Source of the DNA: Thermoanaerobaculia bacterium
GTDB lineage: Bacteria; Acidobacteriota; Thermoanaerobaculia; Multivoradales; Multivoraceae
Assembly (NCBI GenBank): GCA_022822365.1
Contig: JAJEBV010000035.1
Location: forward strand, 10,082 to 74,081
Direction: 5' to 3'
DNA length: 64,000 nt
A program made the translations under genes and the position numbers. Shown in pieces: positions 49,571 to 58,495 of this stretch. A model generated the notes under the pieces. It did not search any database. It was given only the letters and a program-made list of their open reading frames with translations, and was not told where the DNA came from. How positions within the stretch are numbered: position 1 is the first letter of the stretch; each line of letters opens with the position of its first letter.

Positions 49571-49592
49571 TCTGCGCTCTCCGCCGGCAGCG

Positions 49593-50837
49593 CTACCGCA
49601 CCGCGTCCGCGAGCGCCTCGACCAACGCGACGCGGTGGCGGCTGTACTCCGGGTTCGTCGCGTACGGCCAGGCACTGTGGGTGACGATGACGATGTTGTC
49701 CGCCGGGTCGATCGCGAGGAACTGGCCGAAGATGCCGATCCCGGAGAAGCGGCCGTCACCGGCAAGCCACCAGAGGTAGCCATAGCCGTCATAGCCGCTG
49801 CTGGGGGTGGTGGACTCCTCCATCCAGCCTTCGGGCAGCACCCGGGTGCCGTCGCGCAGCACGCCGCCGTTCATCGCGAAGATCCCGATCCGGGCGTAGT
49901 CGCGCAGCGTCGCGTTGATGCAGCAGCCGCCCAGTTCGCCGCCGCCCTCCTCGTGGAGCAGCCAGTTGGCGTCGGCCTCCATGCCGAACGGTCCCCAGAC
50001 CTTGTGCTCCAGGTAGGTCGAGAGGTTGTTGCCGATCGCCGCCCGCAGCACGGCGCCGGCCATGTTCGTCTCGCCCGTGTTGTAGTTGAAGACCTCGCCC
50101 GGAGGATGGAGTGGCTCGAGCCCGGCCATGTAGCGCGTCTGCTCCACGATCGGCCCCGGTAGCGTCGCCACGTCGGATTCCGGGTCCGCGTAGTCCTCGT
50201 TCCAGTCGACGCCGGAAGACATCTGCAGCACGTCCCTGATCGAAACGCCGTCGTAACCGCCCCCGGCGAGCAGCGGCAGGTACTTGGTGACCGGATCATC
50301 GACGCTGCCGATGTAGCCGTCGGCGATGGCAGCGCCATAGAGCATCGAGACGACGGACTTGGCGATCGAGAACGAGATCCAGCGCGAGTTCTCGTCGTTG
50401 CCCAGGCCGTAGCGTTCGAAGAGGATTTCGTCATCCTTGACCACGAGCAGGCCGGCGATCCGCCGGTCGCGGATGTACTCCTCGACCGTGAAGGTCTCGC
50501 CCTCGACCTCGTAGGTCACCGACGACAGGTCCCGCGGCGCCGGCGCCAGCGGATACGGATCGTCGGACGCCTCGAACCAGCGCGCGGCGCCGACGAGGTC
50601 CGCGTTCCGGTAGCCCGCGATCTGCTGTTCCGGTGTCCAGAACAGCACCTGATCTCTGGGGCCCAGGTTCTCCAGATCGGGATTCACCGACTCCGACGCG
50701 GCGGCGTCGGTGTCCGCCGGCGGCCCCGGAGCACATGCCGCGAAGGCCGTACACAGCGCAATGGACGCAGCGCCCAGGACCAGACGCCATCCTCCGGCCG
50801 CCTCCAGCCACGTCCTTCTCTTCCGACCCATGGTCAT
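49593..50837 (-). CDS. Serine hydrolase, beta-lactamase/transpeptidase-like (class C-related esterase) lipoprotein
   Basis: SFSIAKS (S-x-x-K) motif and FAACA lipobox. Flanked by inverted hairpin repeats. Confidence 0.8.
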   Translation of the reverse strand: MTMGRKRRTWLEAAGGWRLVLGAASIALCTAFAACAPGPPADTDAAASESVNPDLENLGPRDQVLFWTPEQQIAGYRNADLVGAARWFEASDDPYPLAPAPRDLSSVTYEVEGETFTVEEYIRDRRIAGLLVVKDDEILFERYGLGNDENSRWISFSIAKSVVSMLYGAAIADGYIGSVDDPVTKYLPLLAGGGYDGVSIRDVLQMSSGVDWNEDYADPESDVATLPGPIVEQTRYMAGLEPLHPPGEVFNYNTGETNMAGAVLRAAIGNNLSTYLEHKVWGPFGMEADANWLLHEEGGGELGGCCINATLRDYARIGIFAMNGGVLRDGTRVLPEGWMEESTTPSSGYDGYGYLWWLAGDGRFSGIGIFGQFLAIDPADNIVIVTHSAWPYATNPEYSRHRVALVEALADAVR

Positions 50838-50884
50838 CTCCTCTCGTCGTGAATGCGGGGAGGCAAGTCTACGGCCCAGGCTCG

Positions 50885-50990
50885 CAGGGAACCGGCCGCC
50901 AAAGCGGAGCCGACCTTCGGCCGGCGCGTATTCTTGGCCGCCTGCGGCGGCAGCGGGTCAGAAGACCCGCGCACCCAGTGGGCGGCCAGT
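50885..50990. repeat. Copy B of the REP-like element, inverted relative to copy A
   Basis: Core reverse complement at 50953-50978. About 80% identity to copy A over the flanking 45 nt. Confidence 0.7.
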
Positions 50991-51020
50991 CGCATCTGAG
51001 GCTCCCGATCCTGGACTGAA

Positions 51021-52097
51021 ATGGACAGCAAGAACCACCCCGCCGCAGTCACGCCGGTTCGTTCGGCGTCGGTGCACTCCGTCGCCGGAGACGAAGAGGC
51101 TCAGGCGACGTTCGAGGCCCGCGGCTGGACCGACGGCCTGCCCATCACGCCGCCGACGCCGGAACGGGTGGCGGCCGCGCTCGAGGCGGCGGTCATGGAG
51201 CCGGGCCAGGTACTGGGCGTGGAGACGGTGCGCGGCCGGGCGATCACGGCCCAGAAGGCGGCGATCAACGCGGTGATGGCGGGCTGCCGGCCGCGCGACT
51301 TCGCGGTCGTCGCCGCCGCGGTCGAGGCGATGTGCGACCCGGAGTTCCTCCTGCACGGCGCCACCTCGAGCACGGGCGGCTGCGCTGTGCTGATCGTCGT
51401 CAACGGACCGATCCGCCGGGAACTCGGCATGACCGGGACGTTCAACGCGCTCGGCGGCGCCGACCGGGCCTCGCCGGCGATCGGCCGCGCGCAACGGCTC
51501 ATCCTCCGCAACCTGCTCGGGGTCCGGCCGGGAGAACTCGACCGCTCGACCCTGGGACACCCGGGGAAGCTTGGCTACTGTCTCGCCGAGGACGAGGAGG
51601 GTTCGCCATGGCCGTCCCTTGCCGCCGAACGCGGGGCGCCCGACGGCACGTCGACGGTGACCGTCTTCGCCGCCGGCGCGCCGCGCCAGATCATGAACGA
51701 GTGGACGACGGAGCCGGAAGCGATCCTCGACACGATCGCGGCCGAGATGCGGGCGAATCTGCTGCACTACTCGATCTGGGCCGGCAACCACTGCCTCGTC
51801 CTGCCGCCGCAGTTGCGGGACCGGCTGGCCGGCGAAGGCTGGAGCAAGGCCGACATTCGCGAGTACCTGCACCGGCAAGCGCGCGTGCGCCGCGGCGACT
51901 GGGAACAGGTCGGCAAGGCGGCCGTCGTGACCGAGGCGAACCGGGATCAGGAGTACGGGGCGCTCGAATCGCCGGATGACCTGCTGATCGTCGCCGCCGG
52001 CGGCCCGGCGGGAGGGTTCGCGGCGGTGATTCCGCCCTGGTTCGGCAACAAGTCGCGGGCGGTGACGGCGGGCGTGGGGTTCTGCCTGGAGTGCTGA
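51021..52097 (+). CDS. Hypothetical protein
   Basis: 358-aa ORF with coding-like composition. C-terminal CxEC. No confident family assignment. Confidence 0.45.
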   Translation: MDSKNHPAAVTPVRSASVHSVAGDEEAQATFEARGWTDGLPITPPTPERVAAALEAAVMEPGQVLGVETVRGRAITAQKAAINAVMAGCRPRDFAVVAAAVEAMCDPEFLLHGATSSTGGCAVLIVVNGPIRRELGMTGTFNALGGADRASPAIGRAQRLILRNLLGVRPGELDRSTLGHPGKLGYCLAEDEEGSPWPSLAAERGAPDGTSTVTVFAAGAPRQIMNEWTTEPEAILDTIAAEMRANLLHYSIWAGNHCLVLPPQLRDRLAGEGWSKADIREYLHRQARVRRGDWEQVGKAAVVTEANRDQEYGALESPDDLLIVAAGGPAGGFAAVIPPWFGNKSRAVTAGVGFCLEC

Positions 52098-52103
52098 GGG
52101 GCC

Positions 52104-52622
52104 TCAGTCCTCGCAGGACGCGCTGAGCAGGTCGCTCAGCGCCACTCCCGAAACCAAGCCGCGGTAGCGGCCGCAGACCTCGCCGTTCTCAAGCCGCACC
52201 ACGAAGACGGCGTCGGCACGATCCTCCTCCTCGCCGTTTGAGCCAGCCAGATCCCGCCAGGCGTCCGCACCTTCCTCGACGACCAGAAACGACTCCTGGC
52301 GCGCCGGGGGAACGTCGCCGCGGAGCGCGCGGACCACCATCCGCCGAACGAACGCGGGCGCTCCTTCGAGCACGACCACCGTGTAGACCGACCAGCCCTC
52401 CGTCCGCCGATCGTCATCGAGAACGCGCCGCCACTCCCGTGCGGCGCCGTTCGCGACGCGATGGAAGCTGGCGACGAGAATCGACCGCGCGCCCAGGTCC
52501 GCCGGAGCCGCGACCTCGTTCCCGGCAAGAGTGACCGCCCGCGGGATCTCGCTGGACGCGGCCGCGCCGACGGCCCCGAGCACCAGGCACAGGCCGGCCG
52601 CGACCGCGCTCCGCAAGGCCAT
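52104..52622 (-). CDS. Hypothetical secreted protein
   Basis: 172 aa with an N-terminal signal peptide. Confidence 0.4.
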   Translation of the reverse strand: MALRSAVAAGLCLVLGAVGAAASSEIPRAVTLAGNEVAAPADLGARSILVASFHRVANGAAREWRRVLDDDRRTEGWSVYTVVVLEGAPAFVRRMVVRALRGDVPPARQESFLVVEEGADAWRDLAGSNGEEEDRADAVFVVRLENGEVCGRYRGLVSGVALSDLLSASCED

Positions 52623-52626
52623 CCGC

Positions 52627-53427
52627 CTACGCCGCGCTCCGGAAGCGCATCACCCGATAGCACCTTGTGCGCTCGAAGGCCTCCGGATCGAGCAGCCGGT
52701 CAAGCCGGTCAAGCCAGCGGGTCACGGGCCCGGCCAGACGCCAGGCGGCGCCGGCCATACGGGGGAAGCGCTGCGTCGACGCTTCGCGCGCGAGACTCAC
52801 GACCCCGCGGCCGAAGCGCTCCACGATCGCCTGTCCGAGACGGAGCGTCGGCAACACCGAGAAGGTCACGTCTTCGTCCGTCTCGAGAACGAGGCCGGCC
52901 GCCTCGGCCCGGGCAAGGAAGTCGCCAAGCGGGTGACCGCTCTTCGGCTTGCCCGTCTCGCCCGCGTCCACGGTGAAGTAGTCGCAGAGCAGCACGCAGC
53001 CTCCCGGGGCCAGCGACCGCCGGACCGCGTCGAAGAACTCGTCGAGCCACACGTACTGCGCCGACTCGCACAGGAACAGGACGTCGTACCGGCGGTCCGG
53101 CTCGAACTCCTGGAAGCGGCCCAGGTGGAAGCGTCGATCCGGCAGCCGTTCCCTGAACAGCTTGCCGTGGTAGGGATCGGGCGACAGGCCTTCGACGTCG
53201 TAGCCGAGTGCGAGCAACCGTTCGCTGATCGCGCCGGTGCCACAGCCGACGTCGAGCACGGACGTGACCCCCGGCGGCAACAGCTCGAACAGGCGCGCCA
53301 CGAGGCGCTCCTGAGCCCGCCGCAACCCGGCCACGTCGAGCGGGTCCTGCTCGCTCCAGATCCCGAAGTTCAGGAGATCCAGGCCGACGATCCGGTGCAG
53401 GAACTGGAGCGCGAAGCTCGTCTTCAC
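52627..53427 (-). CDS. Class I SAM-dependent methyltransferase
   Basis: VLDVGCGTG motif I. Probable GTG start at 53427, because the N-terminal 75 aa of the ORF-track call are low-complexity. Confidence 0.55.
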   Translation of the reverse strand: MKTSFALQFLHRIVGLDLLNFGIWSEQDPLDVAGLRRAQERLVARLFELLPPGVTSVLDVGCGTGAISERLLALGYDVEGLSPDPYHGKLFRERLPDRRFHLGRFQEFEPDRRYDVLFLCESAQYVWLDEFFDAVRRSLAPGGCVLLCDYFTVDAGETGKPKSGHPLGDFLARAEAAGLVLETDEDVTFSVLPTLRLGQAIVERFGRGVVSLAREASTQRFPRMAGAAWRLAGPVTRWLDRLDRLLDPEAFERTRCYRVMRFRSAA

Positions 53428-53832
53428 CTGCCGCGGGCTGTTACCGTCCGCGGGCCGCCGGAACAGCTGCCGTCCCTGCGGTCCCGGCCAGCGACGTGGC
53501 GCCGCGGGGACCGGTGCAGGGGCAGAGGCCACGCCCGAGCGCGGAGGTGGCGGAACGACGCGCAAACTCACCGGGGCAAGAGTGTACCGCCCACGGCGCC
53601 CGGGATAGGGTCGCCTTATCGACCGGAAGATCCATCGCGCCGGCCGGCGCATCGACCATGTGAGCTGCGGCGAGAGTGGCGGGCAAGGCGGAATGGCTCG
53701 AAGACGGCGGCAATCCCCGCTTCGTCGCCACCAGTCTGTCGAGAAGCCGCGCCGGCAGACAGGCGCTCTACGAGCAGCTCTACTGCAGACCGACTCTCGA
53801 CCTCGACCGCCTCGCGGGGTACGATCTGCCCG

Positions 53833-54075
53833 ATGACGTTCGACACCCTCGCCGCCGCCCGGACCCTGGAGGACGCCGGTCTGACTTCCAAGCAGGCCGA
53901 AGCGGTGACGACTACGATCCGCGTAGCGATCGCCGAAGGCACCGCCACGAAGGAGGACATCACCCGCCTGGAGGCGAGACTCGCGGAACTCGAAACGCGC
54001 CTGACTTGGCGGATGTTCGCCGTTGTCGGCGGGCTGCTGGCCTTGGTGACGGCGCTCGACCGGCTGATCGGCTAG
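53833..54075 (+). CDS. Small coiled-coil plus C-terminal TM protein (DUF1640-like)
   Basis: 80 aa from the ATG at 53833; sits at the end of a long spurious ORF. Confidence 0.4.
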   Translation: MTFDTLAAARTLEDAGLTSKQAEAVTTTIRVAIAEGTATKEDITRLEARLAELETRLTWRMFAVVGGLLALVTALDRLIG

Positions 54076-54210
54076 GACTTCGGATCTCGGACGGCGCTCC
54101 TGGGTCGCTCAAGGGCGACAATTGACAATGCCCCTTGGCCACACGTCGTCCGCCGCCGACGTGAGCCCCCGTCAAACGCTCAACCAGCGTCTCACACGAA
54201 TACAGCGCGG

Positions 54211-54273
54211 CACGGCTTCGAGCTCCGGCCGTTCGATTTCTTCGACCGCAACCCGGCGCTCGACCTGCCCTGA
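54211..54273 (+). pseudogene. Relic 3' end of a paralogous copper amine oxidase gene
   Basis: 63 nt encode HGFELRPFDFFDRNPALDLP*, identical in protein to the C-terminus of the gene ending at 56345, with only synonymous nucleotide differences. Confidence 0.6.
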
Positions 54274-54347
54274 CCGCTAGACTCGGGGGACCGGTCTCCT
54301 GAGCCACCGACACGGCCTCCCCCATCCGAGGCCTCAAGGGAGCAACC

Positions 54348-56345
54348 ATGCGCAAGCCAGCCCTCCGCCTGACTCTCTGTCTCCTCGTGGCGGCCGCGAT
54401 CCCCGCGGCGGCAGCGAATCACCCGCTCGATCAGCTCAGCTACCAGGAAGTGTGGCGGGCGCTCGAGATCCTGCGCGACGCGGGTCGGCTCGACGCTGAG
54501 ACGACCTTCTCGCAGCTCACGCTGAGCGAGCCGGACAAGGATGTCGTCCGCGCCTGGCGGGAGGGCGACGACAGACCGAGGGCCGCCTACGCCCTCGTGC
54601 GCCAGGGCGAGGACACGTTCGAGGCGACGGTCGACCTCGCCGCCGGAGAGGTCTCCGCCTGGACGCAGCTCACCGGCGTCCAGCCGAACTGGAGCCTCGG
54701 CGAATTCGGCGCGGTGGTCGGCAAGGTCCTCGAACATCCCGATTTCATCGCGGGGCTCGAGAAGCGGGGCATCACCGACACGAGCTTTCTGGACTGCTCG
54801 ACGATCCCGCCCGGCTACTTCGGCACCGAGGAAGAGAAAGGGCGGCGGCTCGGACACGTCCGTTGCTCCGAGGCTCGCGGCGCCAGGAACACCTGGGCGC
54901 GCCAGGTCGAAGGCCTGACCGCGGTGGTCGACCTGACGGCCGGCGAGGTGCTCAGGGTCGTCGACGACGGCGTGGCGCCGATCCCGGACGTGGACGCCGA
55001 CTACGACCGGACCACGCTGGACCATCCGCGCGAGATCGCGGGCCCCTTCGACCTGGACCTGCCCGAGGGCGTCGGCTTCGACATGAACGGCTACGAAGTG
55101 AGCTGGCAGAACTGGAGCTTCCACCTGCGGCCCGACCAGCGCACCGGCCTCGTCGTGTCTCTCGTCGGCTACCGCGAGAGCCCCGATTCGAGTCCGCGCT
55201 CGGTCATGTACCAGGGCCAGCTGTCCGAGATCTACGTGCCCTACATGGATCCGGCGTTCGCCTGGTACGCCCGCAACTTCATCGATGCCGGCGAGTTCCC
55301 GGCGGGCGGCCTGGCCAAGCCGCTGCTGCGCGGCCGGGACTGCCCGGACCACGCCGTCTACCTCGACTCGATCAACACGAACTCCCAGGGCCGGCCGCGC
55401 ACGGTGCCCCGGACCACGTGCATCTACGAGCGGGAAACGGGAGACCCGTCCTGGCGGCACTACGAGGACGAGCAGCCGGACAGCAGACAGAGCCGTGACC
55501 TCGTCGTGCGCACCGCCGCCGTGGTCGGCAACTACGACTACCTGCTCGACTGGATCTTCCGCCAGGACGGCTCGATCGAAGCCCGCGTCGGCGCCACCGG
55601 CCTCCTCGAGGTCAAGGCGACGAGCGCCGTGTCGGCCATCCCGCCGACTCCGGCGGCCGGCCCCGTGAACGCGACCGCCGTCGACGCTCTCCAGGCCGGG
55701 ACGGCCGCCGACGCCTACGGCCGCTTTCTCGACCGCAACGTCATCGGCGTGAACCACGACCACTACTTCAGCTACCGCCTCGACCTCGACGTCGACGGCG
55801 CGGACAACCGCTTCGTGGCGGACCGCCTGGTCACGCGGGAGCTGCCGGCCGACCATCCCCGCCGCAGCCTCTGGGTTCAGGAGCCCCACGCCGCCCAGAC
55901 CGAACAGGACGCCCAGCTCGACATCAACCTCGCGCAGCCCGCGCTGTGGCGGATTCTGAGCACGAGCCGCCGGAACGCGGTCGGCTACCCCACCAGCTAC
56001 CAGTTGATGCCGGGGCGCAACGCCAACCACCTGTTCGTGGCCGACGACTACTCGCTCCGCCGCGCCGGGTTCATCGATCATCACCTCTGGGTGACGCCGT
56101 ACGATCCGGACGAACGTTTCGCCGCCGGCGACCATCCCACCCTGAGCGAGCCGGGAATGGGCCTGCCGGCCTGGACCGAAGCGAACCGGTCGATCAGCGA
56201 CGAGGACCTCGTGATCTGGCACACGGTCGGCATGCACCACCTGCCCCGCGCCGAGGACTGGCCCGTGATGCCGGTCATGTGGCACGGCTTCGAACTGCGG
56301 CCGTTCGACTTCTTCGACCGCAACCCGGCGCTCGATCTCCCCTGA
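54348..56345 (+). CDS. tynA: Copper-containing primary amine oxidase (TPQ cofactor)
   Basis: N-Y-D-Y TPQ precursor motif (VVGNYDYLLDW), histidine ligands, signal peptide. Confidence 0.85.
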   Translation: MRKPALRLTLCLLVAAAIPAAAANHPLDQLSYQEVWRALEILRDAGRLDAETTFSQLTLSEPDKDVVRAWREGDDRPRAAYALVRQGEDTFEATVDLAAGEVSAWTQLTGVQPNWSLGEFGAVVGKVLEHPDFIAGLEKRGITDTSFLDCSTIPPGYFGTEEEKGRRLGHVRCSEARGARNTWARQVEGLTAVVDLTAGEVLRVVDDGVAPIPDVDADYDRTTLDHPREIAGPFDLDLPEGVGFDMNGYEVSWQNWSFHLRPDQRTGLVVSLVGYRESPDSSPRSVMYQGQLSEIYVPYMDPAFAWYARNFIDAGEFPAGGLAKPLLRGRDCPDHAVYLDSINTNSQGRPRTVPRTTCIYERETGDPSWRHYEDEQPDSRQSRDLVVRTAAVVGNYDYLLDWIFRQDGSIEARVGATGLLEVKATSAVSAIPPTPAAGPVNATAVDALQAGTAADAYGRFLDRNVIGVNHDHYFSYRLDLDVDGADNRFVADRLVTRELPADHPRRSLWVQEPHAAQTEQDAQLDINLAQPALWRILSTSRRNAVGYPTSYQLMPGRNANHLFVADDYSLRRAGFIDHHLWVTPYDPDERFAAGDHPTLSEPGMGLPAWTEANRSISDEDLVIWHTVGMHHLPRAEDWPVMPVMWHGFELRPFDFFDRNPALDLP

Positions 56346-56705
56346 AACGGGGCGCAGAGCGGGCGCGACAAATCTGTCGCGCTCAAACACTGGCCGCACA
56401 TTCCTGTGCGGCCCATCCGAGTCGACCGCTTCGCCGAGCCGGTCGCTGAGCTTGGCCAGGGGCTCCCCGGGGCGTCCCTGGACAGGCTCTAAGTCCCATG
56501 GAACCGGGCGTTTCCCGGTCGCCGTCCGGCCGCCGCCCGGGCCGGCGCCCGCGACCGGCGGCAACCCGCACGGTTGGCACGATTCTCGATACATGAGGGG
56601 GCACGCCCGGCCGTCAGTTCCGGAACCTGACCTCGGCTGAGACCCCAAAGGGGGCGACAATCGAGACGCTCGGCCGGGCCAACCGAACTACGAGGAGGTA
56701 CTCGA

Positions 56706-58046
56706 ATGAGCTTCAGAACGCGAGGCCGGACGTTTCGTCTGGTTCCGGCCCTGGGACTGACGTTGCTCCTGGCCCTGCTGGCCGCTTCGCCGGCAGCAGC
56801 CCAGGACGGCGTGGACAGCGGCGACACGGCCTGGATGCTGACGGCCAGCGCCCTGGTGCTGCTGATGACGCCGGGACTGGCGTTCTTCTACGGCGGCCTG
56901 GTCCGCCGCAAGAATGTCCTCTCGATCCTCATGCAGTGCTTCCTCTGCATGGGAATCATGACGGTGCTCTGGGTCATCGTCGGCTTCAGCCTCGCTTTCG
57001 GTTCCGACGCCCTGGGCGGCGTGATCGGAGGCGGCGACTACTTCCTGCTGGGCGGCCTCGGCTATGACGCCTGGGACGGCACCGGCATCCCGGCGCCGCT
57101 GTTCATGATCTTCCAGGGCATGTTCGCGATCATCACGCCCGCCCTCATGATCGGCGCCTTCGCCGAACGGATGAAGTTCAGCGCCATCTGCCTGTTCATG
57201 AGCGCCTGGCTGCTGGTCGTCTACGCTCCGGTTTGCCACTGGGTCTGGGGCGGTTCGGAAGGCTTCTTCGGCCTCGGCGGCGACGGCGCCCTCGACTTCG
57301 CGGGCGGCACCGTGGTCCACATCAACGCGGGCGTATCCGCCCTGGTCGCGGCGATCGTCCTCGGCCGGCGGCGCGGCTATCCCGTGCATACCTCCCCGCC
57401 CCACAACCTGCCCTTTGCCGTCCTCGGTACCGGCCTGCTCTGGTTCGGCTGGTTCGGCTTCAACGCGGGCAGCGCGGTGGCAGCCAACGGTTCGGCCGCC
57501 AACGCCTTCGTCGTCACCCAGGTCGCCACGGCCACTGCCGCAGCCGCCTGGGGCCTGATCGACTGGATCCGCGACTCGAAGCCGACGCTCCTGGGCGTCA
57601 TCACCGGCGCCGTCGCCGGACTCGTGGCGATCACGCCGGCCTGCGGTTCGGTCAGCGCGATCGGCGCGATCGGCGTCGGCGCGGGCGCATCCGTGTGCGC
57701 CTACCTCGCCGTCACCTGGCTCAAGTCGAAGCTCGGCTACGACGACTCGCTGGACGTCTTCGGCGTCCACGGCGTCGCCGGCATGTGGGGCGCGGTCGCG
57801 GCAGGCCTCTGGGCCACCGATGTCGTGCCCGGCAACGACGCGAACGGCCTGTTCTACGGCAACGCCGCACAGGTCGCGATTCAGCTCAAGGCTGTCGCCT
57901 ACACGATCGTCTGGGCCGCCGTCGTGTCCTTCATCCTGCTCAAGATCGTCGACCTGATCGTCGGTCTGCGCGTCAGCGATGACGAGGAGCGGATCGGTCT
58001 CGACCTCACCGACCACCGCGAAAACGCCTACACCCTGGTTGACTAG
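56706..58046 (+). CDS. amtB: Ammonium transporter
   Basis: Amt/MEP signature; 446 aa; signal peptide. Confidence 0.85.
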   Translation: MSFRTRGRTFRLVPALGLTLLLALLAASPAAAQDGVDSGDTAWMLTASALVLLMTPGLAFFYGGLVRRKNVLSILMQCFLCMGIMTVLWVIVGFSLAFGSDALGGVIGGGDYFLLGGLGYDAWDGTGIPAPLFMIFQGMFAIITPALMIGAFAERMKFSAICLFMSAWLLVVYAPVCHWVWGGSEGFFGLGGDGALDFAGGTVVHINAGVSALVAAIVLGRRRGYPVHTSPPHNLPFAVLGTGLLWFGWFGFNAGSAVAANGSAANAFVVTQVATATAAAAWGLIDWIRDSKPTLLGVITGAVAGLVAITPACGSVSAIGAIGVGAGASVCAYLAVTWLKSKLGYDDSLDVFGVHGVAGMWGAVAAGLWATDVVPGNDANGLFYGNAAQVAIQLKAVAYTIVWAAVVSFILLKIVDLIVGLRVSDDEERIGLDLTDHRENAYTLVD

Positions 58047-58064
58047 GGCCGAAGGAGAAATGAC

Positions 58065-58406
58065 ATGAAGTACATCGTGGCGATCGTTCAGCCCGACCGG
58101 ATGCAGGAGGTCCTCGATCTCCTGGAACAGAAGGAGATTCACCTCCTGACCGTGACCAACGTGATGGGGCGCGGCCGCCAGCGGGGCGTCGCCGAGGTCT
58201 ATCGGGGTCACAAGGAAGCGGGCGCCCTGCTGCGCAAGCTCAAGATCGAGATCGCGGTGAACGACGACTACGTCGACGTCGTGATCGACGCCATCTCGAG
58301 AGGCGCCAAGACCGGCAGGGTCGGCGACGGCAAGATCTTCGTCATGCCGCTCGACGAGACGATCCGCATTCGCACGGGCGAAACGGGCAACGTCGCGATC
58401 GGCTGA
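58065..58406 (+). CDS. glnK: P-II nitrogen regulatory protein
   Basis: 113 aa with a T-loop (GRGRQRG...YRG). Immediately downstream of amtB. Confidence 0.85.
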   Translation: MKYIVAIVQPDRMQEVLDLLEQKEIHLLTVTNVMGRGRQRGVAEVYRGHKEAGALLRKLKIEIAVNDDYVDVVIDAISRGAKTGRVGDGKIFVMPLDETIRIRTGETGNVAIG

Positions 58407-58430
58407 ATCAGCCGCATCGCATCTGCGGAG

Positions 58431-58472
58431 AGCGCGCCGCGGGAGCTTTCGCTCCCCGGCGCGTTTCTTCGT
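58431..58472. terminator. Candidate bidirectional intrinsic terminator between convergent glnK and the glnE-like gene
   Basis: GC-rich imperfect hairpin (GCGCCGCGGGAGC-TTTCG-CTCCCCGGCGC) followed by GTTTCTTCG. Confidence 0.4.
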
Positions 58473-58495
58473 CCGGCCTCCGCCGGCTGCGACGC

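Noticed and set aside
49469-49792. Small ORFs (49469-49792 minus, 50710-51276 plus, 36201-36920 minus) sharing a GQKTRAP peptide
   Set aside because: The shared peptide is just the translation of the 26-nt REP-like hairpin repeat. These are not genes.
52531-54075. 514-aa plus-strand ORF
   Set aside because: Overlaps the methyltransferase and a hypothetical gene on the opposite strand with an R/A-rich translation. Only the last 80 codons (DUF1640-like) are plausible.
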